The notes under the pieces: model-generated
Databases searched by the model: none
Told to the model about the DNA's origin: nothing
Seen by the model: the letters and a program-made list of their open reading frames with translations, nothing else
From: Actinomycetota bacterium
GTDB taxonomy: Bacteria; Actinomycetota; Actinomycetes; Actinomycetales; Microbacteriaceae
DNA length: 57,170 nucleotides
NCBI GenBank assembly: GCA_041179005.1
Contig: JBEGUG010000030.1
Span: 1-57,170 of the forward strand
Direction: 5' to 3'
Program-made: the position numbers and the translations under genes
In this document: in pieces, positions 30,513-39,581 of the stretch
Numbering within the stretch: the stretch's first letter is position 1
Layout of the letters: every line of letters begins with the position of its first letter

Positions 30513-30557
30513 TCTATTTTGCACTCCCCTGGACGCCATTCGCTTCATACTGAAGTC

Positions 30558-30660
30558 AAAGGTTTATTGCCGAAAAAGGGGAATGGCGATAACACTTTGG
30601 GGTCAGGCGAAATCCTGATTGGGGACAGAAAATGGCGGCTCGAAAGAGTCGCCATTTGTA
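30558..30660 (+). ncRNA. Candidate ~100-nt sRNA with three GGGG tracts
   Basis: -10-like CATACT at 30546-30551; three consecutive stem-loops; G-U pairs and a GAAA tetraloop are valid only on +; no credible ORF. Confidence 0.5.
30629..30658. terminator. Bidirectional-type terminator hairpin
   Basis: AAATGGCGGCTC-gaaa-GAGTCGCCATTT; lies 45 nt past the stop of the minus-strand kinase operon. Confidence 0.75.
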
Positions 30661-30702
30661 ATTTAAAGATGCCTAACTTAGCGGCACCAAGAAACCCAGG
30701 CT

Positions 30703-31668
30703 CTAGAACTTGAGCCAAACATCAGGCTTGGCAATACCTGGTCTTGTGGCAACCAGCGTGACGCGCCAGGTTTCACCAACGGGAGCTCGCAGCGTTATGC
30801 GACCCTGCTCTACGCCATTGATTGCACCGCAAACCTTGCCTAAAATTTCTGACTTTTCGGCTGAAGAAATTTGATCTACGCCGCCCTCATCCAAAATCAC
30901 AATCTCGATCCCACGAACCCTTGCTGCTCGAGCCGCAGCTCTAACGTCATCGTTCATAAGTTCTCGCCCGCGAATCTCATCTCTCAGAGCAGCCTCAAGT
31001 AATCGAGCTTCTTTTCTCTCTGCACTGGTCAATTGGCCATTTTTTGATTCGATAGTTTTCAACATCGGAAGCGCTCCAGCTAGCGCAAGATCTAAACGAG
31101 CCCTACGCTCTGCAGCGGAGGCTTTTGAAACCACAAGCTGCGTTTCGTTCTCTAATGTCTGTTCTGTGTAGCGAAGTGCCTCTTTAGCCGCGTTATCAAT
31201 TCCTCGGGAAATAGCATGGCCCGCAAAAACCAACATCATTGCTCCGGCAAGACCGGTTTGCCATCCAATTAAAAATCCTGCCCAAAGTATTTGCTGGAAA
31301 ACCAAAATTACAGTCCCAATCCATGCAATTACAGCCTGCTGTCGAACTGCGGTGCCGGCCAAAAGTGTTGCGACACCAATCACATACCAGGTTGAGTGAG
31401 GCGAGGCTTGAGTGGGGTCAAGGTTCAAGTTGGTTAGGTAAGGAACAAAAATAGAAACTGCAAGATTTATCAAAGCCTGCGATACCGGTAACTTAAGTCC
31501 ACGGTAAAACACGGCGGTGGCAAAGACGGCAAAAAGGTAAAGAGTTACTGCAACCGCGCCCTGATTTGGGTTTTCATACTCTGTTAGTGCCGCATACCCG
31601 AGCACTGCGTGAAACACTGAGAAGAGCGCTCCCAAGGTTGAAACCAACCAGCGCGGAACGCGAATCAA
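30703..31668 (-). CDS. Multi-TM histidine-kinase-like protein lacking H-box and ATP lid
   Basis: About 5-6 TMs, coiled coil, 'EARLLEAALRDEIRGR' and 'ARVRGIEIVILDEG'; no HD H-box and no DxGxG. Confidence 0.8.
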   Translation of the reverse strand: MIRVPRWLVSTLGALFSVFHAVLGYAALTEYENPNQGAVAVTLYLFAVFATAVFYRGLKLPVSQALINLAVSIFVPYLTNLNLDPTQASPHSTWYVIGVATLLAGTAVRQQAVIAWIGTVILVFQQILWAGFLIGWQTGLAGAMMLVFAGHAISRGIDNAAKEALRYTEQTLENETQLVVSKASAAERRARLDLALAGALPMLKTIESKNGQLTSAERKEARLLEAALRDEIRGRELMNDDVRAAARAARVRGIEIVILDEGGVDQISSAEKSEILGKVCGAINGVEQGRITLRAPVGETWRVTLVATRPGIAKPDVWLKF

Positions 31669-32855
31669 CTTTTACTCCACTCAAGAATGATGTTGGTGCC
31701 AATGCCTAGCTTTGAATCGATGAAGGCTTTGCCGCCGACCGATTGAATTCTGCCAATGATTGAAAGTTTCAGACCTAATCGGTTCCTTGGAATTCGCGAA
31801 GCCCTAAAGCCCTTGCCATCATCTTTGACAACAATCTTCACTCCGCTGGATAAGCCCTTTAGAAATACCTCTACACGTGATTCGCCCCCAGCATGCTGAA
31901 GTGCGTTTGCGACTGCTTGCAGCGTGGCTTCAGTCAGGGCCTCGGCCACATCGCCGGGCACCTGAAGGTCACTCTGCCCCTCGCTGGAAATCGAAATGTT
32001 TTCATCTTGACGCTCTATGGAAATAGAAAGTGCGCTAAACAAACTGTTTATCGTAATCGCATGCTCATCGATTGATAAATCTTTAGCCGTTTCGAGTTTT
32101 CTTATGGCGGCAATCGCCAATTCTCGGGCATCGTGCTGAGCAGCCGAGTCATTTGCGTTTGCCGCAACCATCAAGGTGGTCAGCACTGCATCGTGCACCA
32201 AGGCATCCACGCGGTCGCGCTCCCGATGAATGGCATCGTTTTTGGCAAGTTCGATTGCTGCCTCACTGGATTTTTGATTGGCCTTATCGACCTTGGATGA
32301 CTCGTACCTGAGCACAACTACTAGTACCGCCAAAACCATGCTGAATAAAAAGGAAAATGCTGACTCTTCCAATGCAATCCACGGATCAACCGGTACCCCA
32401 ATGCTCGAAATCTCAAGCAAAAACCAGATTCCAGGGATTGCGACCAGAATTGCGGATGAGATAACGATTCCAAACCCACCAACCGCACTGAGAGCGGCAA
32501 TACCGATCCCCCACCACATCCAAGGCTTCTCGCCTACTTGCAGTGCACTGCCATCCAGCTGATAGCCCCAAGTTAGAAGTGCAAAAATCGTTGAAATACT
32601 AAGAGCTGCAAAACCTAACTTGCCGTTTCCCCTAAACCAGACCAAATAAATAATGAGCAGGTGTGAGATTGCTACCGGAACAAACGAAATCCAAAACCAA
32701 AATGGATCTAGCCTGTCTTCGCTTAGTTGATTGAGCGCATTGGTTATCGTTTGAATTCCCACCAAGGTTGCTGCAATCGAAAAAACGCGCCCAAGCAAAA
32801 TATTGACTCTGGTTAGTGCCAGGGTTTTGTTGGTTTCCACTTTCTTAAGCGGCAT
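31665..32855 (-). CDS. Membrane sensor histidine kinase (HisKA_3/NarX-like)
   Basis: TM region, H-box DALVHDAVLTTL, N-box QAVANALQHAG, DDGKGF and GLKLSIIGRI..VGG...GIGT. Confidence 0.92.
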   Translation of the reverse strand: MPLKKVETNKTLALTRVNILLGRVFSIAATLVGIQTITNALNQLSEDRLDPFWFWISFVPVAISHLLIIYLVWFRGNGKLGFAALSISTIFALLTWGYQLDGSALQVGEKPWMWWGIGIAALSAVGGFGIVISSAILVAIPGIWFLLEISSIGVPVDPWIALEESAFSFLFSMVLAVLVVVLRYESSKVDKANQKSSEAAIELAKNDAIHRERDRVDALVHDAVLTTLMVAANANDSAAQHDARELAIAAIRKLETAKDLSIDEHAITINSLFSALSISIERQDENISISSEGQSDLQVPGDVAEALTEATLQAVANALQHAGGESRVEVFLKGLSSGVKIVVKDDGKGFRASRIPRNRLGLKLSIIGRIQSVGGKAFIDSKLGIGTNIILEWSKS

Positions 32856-32857
32856 AA

Positions 32858-33514
32858 CTAGAGTGAACCCTCTTCAAGAATTCCGTCTTCAATCGCCCTG
32901 ACGAGTAACTCTGTTTTTGTGGAAGCCGGTCTACCCACAGTTGAATATTTGGTTCGGACTCGGTCGATATGTTCTTTGGCCGTGGAAATCTTGATTTCCA
33001 GTTCTGTTGCTACTTGCTTGAGTGCAAACCCCGATGCATAAAGACTTAGCACTTCGCGTTCACGTGGTGAAAGAGCCGCATCTTTAAATTCAGTATCCGA
33101 GTCAATCGCTGCGGCAGTCTGCAGCGTGTTGACATAAACACCAGCAGAAACTAGTCGAATGGCAGCGGCAAGGTCATCCATCGACTGAGCCTTTGGCACC
33201 AGTGTTGCTGCCCCGGCCTTCAGTGCGGCCCTAACCAGATTTTGTTTGTCGGCAATGCTGAAAATAACTACTTGTGCGCCAGTTTTGAGTAACTTTGTGA
33301 CGTTCTCCGCAACGATGGAACCGTCGGCAAGAGATAGATCCATCACCACTACGTCACAGCGCATATTTGGATTTGCTTGAAGCAGTTCATTCACTGAACC
33401 GGCGGAAGCGCAAAAATCAAAACCATACTCAGCGCATGCGGCTTTGAAGGCAAAGCGAATGGCGTCGTGATCGTCAACTACCGCAACGCAAATCTGCTTT
33501 TCTTCAGTGGTCAT
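32858..33514 (-). CDS. NarL/LuxR-family response regulator
   Basis: VVDDH, VVVMDL phospho-Asp, conserved Lys and LSPREREVL...TAKEHIDRVRTKY HTH. Confidence 0.95.
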   Translation of the reverse strand: MTTEEKQICVAVVDDHDAIRFAFKAACAEYGFDFCASAGSVNELLQANPNMRCDVVVMDLSLADGSIVAENVTKLLKTGAQVVIFSIADKQNLVRAALKAGAATLVPKAQSMDDLAAAIRLVSAGVYVNTLQTAAAIDSDTEFKDAALSPREREVLSLYASGFALKQVATELEIKISTAKEHIDRVRTKYSTVGRPASTKTELLVRAIEDGILEEGSL

Positions 33515-33516
33515 AT

Positions 33517-34755
33517 CTAGTTCTTTCGAACCAAACTCGCGACCGCTTCAACGTGATGGGTGTGCGGGAAGAGATCAAAGGCACGAAGTGACTTTAGTTC
33601 ATAACCCCCGGCAAGCAGAGGCTTTAGGTCACGAGCTAAAGCAATTGGATCGCAAGCTACGTAAACAATGTGCGACGGTTGAATCGCAAGCAACTGGTCA
33701 ACAACTTTTGCGCCAGCTCCGGCACGAGGTGGATCTAGAACAACCGTTGAGTTTCTTGGACTAACTGCCTTTCCGCCCTTATCGAGGTTGCCGACCCGCT
33801 CGTTTAGGAAGCGCTCGGTAGCCGAACACACAGCCTTCACCTTTGGTAGATCGGCCAGGTTCAAAGTTGCGTCTTCAGTTGCTACACGAAACGACTCAAC
33901 CGATGTCATGCGCAGGTCCTTGCCGAACTTGGCAGCGATAGCGCCAGTGAAAAGGCCAACTCCGCCGTACAGGTCAAGGTTGTCGGCTTCAAGGTCTATG
34001 CCGGCTTCGGCAATTACTTGATTAACCGCAGCAGTCAAAACATCTGCAGCCTTCTTGTGAACCTGCCAGAAACCGCCACCGCTAATTCGGAAAGTTCTGC
34101 CGGCAGCACGCTCAACAAGGCGTTCGTCACCCTTAAGTTTTTTGTCAATCTTCCACTGCACCTGACCGGTGCTAGAAACGGCAACTTCAATTTTCTTTAC
34201 ATCTTGAAAATTCTTGTTCTGAAATTCCAACTCTCGAATCTCATCCACTGCCAATGGAAGGTCGCGCACCTTGACAACATCGTGACTGCGTTCGCGGTAA
34301 GGGCCAACGGTTCCCGCTTCATCAACGTGAAGCTGCACGCGAGTGCGGTAGCCAAGACCATTTACCTCGTCGTCTCCAGGGGCTGCCTCAACTACTGGGC
34401 GAAGCGAAATTCCAGCCATGCGCTGCAACGCTTCTTCAATCACGTCAGCTTTTAGTTCGCGCTGTCGAGCAAGGGCAATGTGACCAAACTCAGCACCGCC
34501 GGCACCGCCGGGTCCGGCCTGCTTCCAGAAGTGCTTTACGCGATCCGGTGAGGCCTCAAGAATATCGGTTGGTTCTGCACGGCAAAATGAGCCGCCGCGG
34601 TCTTCGTAGACCATGGCCTTTACTTTCTCGCCCGGCAAAACATGTGACACAAAAACCACACGCCCATCGTGACGGGCAACGAATACGCCGCCGTGTGCCA
34701 CCTTTTCGATGGTGAGAGTTAGGTTCTGGCCGACCCAGTTTGTAGTTTTGTTCAC
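33517..34755 (-). CDS. TRAM-domain RNA (uracil-5)-methyltransferase, RlmD/TrmA family
   Basis: VAHGG..VAR.DGRVVFV, FWQVH, DLYGGVGLF, LDPPRAG, YVACDP and FDLFPHTHHVE. Start trimmed to GTG 34755. Confidence 0.93.
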   Translation of the reverse strand: MNKTTNWVGQNLTLTIEKVAHGGVFVARHDGRVVFVSHVLPGEKVKAMVYEDRGGSFCRAEPTDILEASPDRVKHFWKQAGPGGAGGAEFGHIALARQRELKADVIEEALQRMAGISLRPVVEAAPGDDEVNGLGYRTRVQLHVDEAGTVGPYRERSHDVVKVRDLPLAVDEIRELEFQNKNFQDVKKIEVAVSSTGQVQWKIDKKLKGDERLVERAAGRTFRISGGGFWQVHKKAADVLTAAVNQVIAEAGIDLEADNLDLYGGVGLFTGAIAAKFGKDLRMTSVESFRVATEDATLNLADLPKVKAVCSATERFLNERVGNLDKGGKAVSPRNSTVVLDPPRAGAGAKVVDQLLAIQPSHIVYVACDPIALARDLKPLLAGGYELKSLRAFDLFPHTHHVEAVASLVRKN

Positions 34756-34780
34756 CTGACAAGTGTGCCAGAGTATGGGG

Positions 34781-35419
34781 GTGACTCGTTTAGTACTTGC
34801 CTCCACCTCGCCCGCCCGACTTGCGCTGCTTCGCGCCGGTGGAATCGAACCTACGACCATCGCTCCAGGCGTTGATGAGGATGCGGTTGATGCACGAGCC
34901 CGCGAGCAGGGTCTGATTGAAACCACCGCAGACATGGTGCACATCTTGGCCAAAGCTAAGGCCGAGGCAGTTTTGAATCACCCCGATGCCGTCGGCGCAA
35001 TAATCGTTGGTTGCGATTCTTCCTTGGACTTTGACGGCAAATCGCTGGGCAAGCCCCACGAACCAGAGGTAGCCCGCGATCGCTGGCGCTCAATGCGTGG
35101 CCGCGCCGGAACCCTGTTTTCAGGACACTGGGTTATCGATAACAGAAACCCAATCGCCGGTCAGCTTCCGCCAGCTACTGGCCGAGTTTCCAGCTCTATC
35201 GTGCATTTCGCGGACATCACCGATGCCGAGATTGACGCCTACGTTGCCACCGGGGAACCGTTGAAGGTTGCCGGAGCTTTCACCATTGATGGCCTGGGCG
35301 GTGCCTTTTTGCGCTCCATCGAGGGAGATGCCCACACGGTTATTGGGCTGAGTCTGCCAACCCTGCGCGAATTGGTGATTTCGCTGGGCGTGGAATATCC
35401 AAGTCTTTGGAACAAATAG
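34781..35419 (+). CDS. maf: Maf family nucleoside triphosphate pyrophosphatase
   Basis: LVLASTSPARL, GCDS, GKP and YVATGEPLKVAGAFTIDG motifs. Start GTG 34781. Confidence 0.95.
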   Translation: MTRLVLASTSPARLALLRAGGIEPTTIAPGVDEDAVDARAREQGLIETTADMVHILAKAKAEAVLNHPDAVGAIIVGCDSSLDFDGKSLGKPHEPEVARDRWRSMRGRAGTLFSGHWVIDNRNPIAGQLPPATGRVSSSIVHFADITDAEIDAYVATGEPLKVAGAFTIDGLGGAFLRSIEGDAHTVIGLSLPTLRELVISLGVEYPSLWNK

Positions 35420-35510
35420 CCCTGAACTAGACCTTTTCACAATAGATTTACGATTTTTTTGTGATTTTGGGCCAATAAATGCCCCTTTTTAGCCAATAGG
35501 CTTGGAAATT

Positions 35511-37289
35511 ATGACTTCAACCCCAAAGAAAATCACCAAGGTCCTTATTGCCAACCGTGGCGAAATTGCCGTTCGCATCGCTCGAGCTGCCAAGGATGCT
35601 GGAATTCTCTCGGTTGCCGTTTACGCGGATCAAGACCGCGATGCAATGCACGTAAAGATGGCTGACGAGGCCTACGCGCTGCACGGCAGCACCGGGCCAG
35701 AGACCTACCTGGTGATTGAAAAGATCATGGCGGTTGCTAAAAAGTCTGGCGCCGATGCGGTTCACCCGGGTTACGGTTTCTTGGCCGAGAACGCCGCCTT
35801 CGCACAAGCTGTGATTGATGCTGGGATTATTTGGATTGGCCCTTCGCCGAAAGCAATTGAGCAACTGGGTGACAAGGTTTCTGCCCGTCACGTTGCCGAA
35901 AAAGCTGGCGCTCCCCTCGCTCCTGGAACCCTTGATCCGGTATCGGGGTCAGCTGAAGTTTTGGAATTCGTAAAGCAGCACGGACTACCGGTTGCAATCA
36001 AGGCTGCATTTGGCGGCGGCGGTCGCGGCATCAAGGTTGCCTATAAAGAGGAAGAGGTTGCCGAGGCTTTTGACTCAGCAACCCGTGAGGCCATCGCAGC
36101 TTTTGGTCGCGGCGAATGCTTCGTCGAAAAGTACTTGGAAAAACCACGCCACGTTGAGACTCAGTGTTTGGCAGATGCTTACGGAAACGTTGTAGTCGTT
36201 TCAACCCGTGACTGCTCACTGCAGCGTCGTCACCAAAAACTTGTTGAAGAAGCTCCGGCTCCGTTCCTTACCAAAGAACAAATTGATCGCCTGTACTCAT
36301 CTTCAAAAGCAATTTTGAAAGAGGTTGGTTACCAGGGTGCCGGAACTTGTGAGTTCTTGGTTGCTCAGGACGGAACCATTTCATTCCTTGAGGTAAACAC
36401 TCGCCTTCAGGTTGAGCACCCGGTATCAGAAGAAGTTACCGGTCTTGATCTTGTGCGCGAGCAATTCCGTTTGGCCGAGGGTGGCGTTCTGGATTACGCT
36501 GATCCAGAAATCAAGGGGCACTCTTTTGAATTCCGCATCAACGGCGAAGATGCAGGTCGCAACTTTATGCCAGCTCCTGGACCGGTTCACGTTTTCAAGG
36601 CACCGTCTGGCCCTGGCGTTCGCGTTGACACCGGTGTTCAATCAGGCGATGAGATCTCTGGTTCATTTGACTCGATGATTGCAAAACTAATCGTCACTGG
36701 AGCAACTCGTGAAGAGGCACTTGCACGTTCACGCCGCGCACTTGCCGAGATGGAAGTGCTTGGTCTGCCAACCGTTCTTCCTTTCCACCGCAAAATTGTG
36801 AACGACCCCGCATTCATTGGTGATGTCTCGGCAAACAAATTTGGAATTTACACACGATGGATTGAGACCGAGTGGGTCAACGATATTCCAGCGTGGAGCG
36901 GCGTTGCAGACATTGCAGCCGAGCCTGCAGAGCGCCACAACGTAGTCGTTGAAGTTGGCGGTAAGCGTATTGAGGTTTCACTTCCTAAGCGTCTGCTTGG
37001 CTCTGCTGGCCCTGTGCCTGCTGGCCACGCACCAAAGCGCAAGAGCCATTCACACGCAACAGCTGGTGGCGGAAGTGGCAACACAATCAAGGCACCGATG
37101 CAGTCAACCGTGGTGAAGATTGCCGTTGCCGTTGGTGAAACCGTTCAAGAAGGCGATCTAGTGGTTGTGCTTGAAGCCATGAAGATGGAACAACCGATGA
37201 CCGCGCACAAGGCGGGAAAGATTAAGTCGATTACCGCTGAAGTTGGCGCAACAGTTCCTGCTGGAACCGTGCTGATGGAAATTGAATAA
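35511..37289 (+). CDS. bccA: Acyl-CoA carboxylase alpha subunit (biotin carboxylase + BCCP)
   Basis: [40 protein letters not shown] and the EAMKM biotin site. Confidence 0.97.
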   Translation: MTSTPKKITKVLIANRGEIAVRIARAAKDAGILSVAVYADQDRDAMHVKMADEAYALHGSTGPETYLVIEKIMAVAKKSGADAVHPGYGFLAENAAFAQAVIDAGIIWIGPSPKAIEQLGDKVSARHVAEKAGAPLAPGTLDPVSGSAEVLEFVKQHGLPVAIKAAFGGGGRGIKVAYKEEEVAEAFDSATREAIAAFGRGECFVEKYLEKPRHVETQCLADAYGNVVVVSTRDCSLQRRHQKLVEEAPAPFLTKEQIDRLYSSSKAILKEVGYQGAGTCEFLVAQDGTISFLEVNTRLQVEHPVSEEVTGLDLVREQFRLAEGGVLDYADPEIKGHSFEFRINGEDAGRNFMPAPGPVHVFKAPSGPGVRVDTGVQSGDEISGSFDSMIAKLIVTGATREEALARSRRALAEMEVLGLPTVLPFHRKIVNDPAFIGDVSANKFGIYTRWIETEWVNDIPAWSGVADIAAEPAERHNVVVEVGGKRIEVSLPKRLLGSAGPVPAGHAPKRKSHSHATAGGGSGNTIKAPMQSTVVKIAVAVGETVQEGDLVVVLEAMKMEQPMTAHKAGKIKSITAEVGATVPAGTVLMEIE

Positions 37290-37305
37290 AACCTGAGGTT
37301 TTAGC

Positions 37306-38724
37306 CTAGAGATTTGGTTGGTGCAGCGCACGCGCCGCATTGCTAATTGTTTCGCTAATCGATGGGTAAACGGTAAACGTTCTAGCTAGCTCGTCTACGG
37401 TTAGTCGATTTTCAATTGCAATAGCAATCGAGTAAATCAAATCTGAAGCTCTTGGAGCTACGACCACTCCACCGATAACGGTTCCACCGGTTGAACAAAT
37501 CAACTTAATGAATCCAAATTCGAGACCCTGCATTTTTGCGCGAGGGTTGGTGTTCAGTTCAATCTTTTCAACAAAGCCATTTACCTTGCCGTCTTTGATG
37601 TCTTGTTCCATCCAACCCACGGAGGCAATCTCTGGAGCGGTGAAAACATTTGATGCCACATTACGAACCTCGGTTGGTGCCGCAACGTCTCCCATGGTGT
37701 GGAACACGGCGGTTCTTCCCTGCATTGCAGATACTGAAGCCAGTGGCAAGAAAGTGCTGCAGTCACCCACTGCATAAACGTTTGCGCGCGATGTGCGGGC
37801 TACTTTGTTAACTTCAATGTGACCGGACTTAGTGAGTAGAACTCCAGCTTCTTCAAGACCAAGTCCTGCGGTGTTTGGAATTGATCCAACCGCCATCAAG
37901 CAGTGTGAACCCTTGATTACTTTTCCATCGGCAAGTGTTACCTCAACGCCGCTACCAGTGTTGACAACTTTTTCAGCGCGAGTTTTATTCATCACGTTGA
38001 TGCCGTTGTTTCTGAAAACCTGCTCCAAGAGTTGCGCAGCATCGGTGTCATTTCCTGGCAGCACAGTGTCGCGACTTGAAACCAGGGTGACCTCGCTGCC
38101 AAGCCCACGGTAGGCCGAAGCAAATTCAGCACCGGTAACACCAGAACCAACAACGATCATGTGCTCAGGAAGTTCATCCAGGTTGTAGAGCTGAGTCCAG
38201 GTAAGAATGCGCTTGCCATCTGGCTTTGCAGAATCAAGTTGTCTTGGGTGCCCACCAACCGAAACGATGATGGTCTTGGCCTCGAGGCGCTCAGATTTTC
38301 CGTCTTCGATGCCATCTACGATTACGTGGTGGTTTCCGTCTAGGCGACCAGAACCCTGAATTACTCGAACGCCGGCCTGAACCAGCTGCTCGTACATATC
38401 TTCAGACTGTGCTTTTGCCAGCTCAAGTAGTCGAGCGTTCACGTGACCCAAATCAATTGAGACTTTAGGGTCTACTTTTTTGCCATCCATTGAGAAATAG
38501 ACGCCTAGGTTTTGAGCCTGACTAACTCGCTGAGCCGCCTCTGCGGTCGCGATCAAAGTTTTGGATGGAACAACATCTGTGAGCACCGCCGCGCCACCGA
38601 TTCCAGCGCGTTCAATAAGGGTGACTTCGGCGCCAAGCTGGATTCCTGCTAGGGCTGCTTCGTAGCCACCAGGGCCCCCGCCAATGATGACAATGTGGTG
38701 TTTTTTGATTTGAGTATCGCTCAC
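37306..38724 (-). CDS. lpdA: NAD(P)H-quinone dehydrogenase (LpdA-type flavoprotein)
   Basis: GGGPGGYEAA, AAVLTDVVPSK, ILTWTQLY and FTVYPS; no CxxxxC; divergent from punA as in other actinobacteria. Confidence 0.9.
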   Translation of the reverse strand: MSDTQIKKHHIVIIGGGPGGYEAALAGIQLGAEVTLIERAGIGGAAVLTDVVPSKTLIATAEAAQRVSQAQNLGVYFSMDGKKVDPKVSIDLGHVNARLLELAKAQSEDMYEQLVQAGVRVIQGSGRLDGNHHVIVDGIEDGKSERLEAKTIIVSVGGHPRQLDSAKPDGKRILTWTQLYNLDELPEHMIVVGSGVTGAEFASAYRGLGSEVTLVSSRDTVLPGNDTDAAQLLEQVFRNNGINVMNKTRAEKVVNTGSGVEVTLADGKVIKGSHCLMAVGSIPNTAGLGLEEAGVLLTKSGHIEVNKVARTSRANVYAVGDCSTFLPLASVSAMQGRTAVFHTMGDVAAPTEVRNVASNVFTAPEIASVGWMEQDIKDGKVNGFVEKIELNTNPRAKMQGLEFGFIKLICSTGGTVIGGVVVAPRASDLIYSIAIAIENRLTVDELARTFTVYPSISETISNAARALHQPNL

Positions 38725-38756
38725 TTACTCCATTCTGCCAGTCGTAGACTCGAAGC

Positions 38757-39578
38757 ATGAACAATCCTCTAGACAATTCATCAGCGAATCCCTTTGAAAT
38801 CGCGACCCAGGCGGCAGCAGCAATCGCCAAGGCCACCGGTGTGGCAAATCACGACATTGCCCTGACATTGGGCTCCGGTTGGGCCAAGGCCGCCGACCTA
38901 ATTGGCGAGACCGTGGCAACCGTTGATGCAGCAGAGATTGTTGGATTTTCAGCCCCGGCCGTTCAGGGACACGTGGCTACAATTCGCTCAATCAAATTAC
39001 CGAGCGGAAAGCACGCGCTGGTTCTTGGCGCTCGCACCCACTACTACGAGGGTCACGGTGTTCGTCGAGTAGCCCACGGTGTTCGCACTGCCGCCGCGGC
39101 AGGGGTAAAAACCATGATCCTTACCAATGGCGCTGGTGGCATCAAAGAAACTTGGAAGCCGGGAACGCCTGTGCTGATCAGCGATCACATTAACCTCACC
39201 GCAGACAGCCCACTAGAGGGCGCCAAGTTTGTTGACCTAACCGATCTTTACTCAAAGCGTCTTCGCGAGATTGCACGCACCGTTGACTCAAGTCTTGATG
39301 AAGGTGTCTACTGCCAGTTCCGCGGACCGCACTACGAGACTCCGGCTGAGGTTCAGATGGCCAAGCACATCGGTGGTCACATTGTTGGCATGTCCACCTC
39401 ACTTGAGGCAATTGCTGCGCGCGAGGCCGGCATGGAAATCCTTGGACTTTCACTGATCACTAACTTGGCCGCTGGAATTCAAAAAGAGCCGTTGAGTCAC
39501 GCTGAAGTATTGCAGGCCGGTAAAGATGCCGAATCTAGAATCAGTGCACTGCTGGCCGAGATTGTGGCAAAGCTCTAA
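38757..39578 (+). CDS. punA: Purine-nucleoside phosphorylase (trimeric type)
   Basis: LGSGW, RTHYYEG, GPHYETPAE, VGMST and ITNLAAG motifs. Confidence 0.97.
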   Translation: MNNPLDNSSANPFEIATQAAAAIAKATGVANHDIALTLGSGWAKAADLIGETVATVDAAEIVGFSAPAVQGHVATIRSIKLPSGKHALVLGARTHYYEGHGVRRVAHGVRTAAAAGVKTMILTNGAGGIKETWKPGTPVLISDHINLTADSPLEGAKFVDLTDLYSKRLREIARTVDSSLDEGVYCQFRGPHYETPAEVQMAKHIGGHIVGMSTSLEAIAAREAGMEILGLSLITNLAAGIQKEPLSHAEVLQAGKDAESRISALLAEIVAKL

Positions 39579-39581
39579 AGA

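Noticed and set aside
30558-30660. 6C RNA on the minus strand
   Set aside because: C-runs are only 4 long, two lie outside loops, and wobble pairs favour the + strand.
30519-30713. 64-aa + strand ORF over the candidate sRNA
   Set aside because: TTG start without SD, begins upstream of the -10 box, runs through a terminator hairpin and has no recognisable motif. A peptide cannot be fully excluded.
34756-34953. N-terminal extension of the RNA methyltransferase
   Set aside because: Antisense to maf; the leaderless GTG at 34755 fits better.
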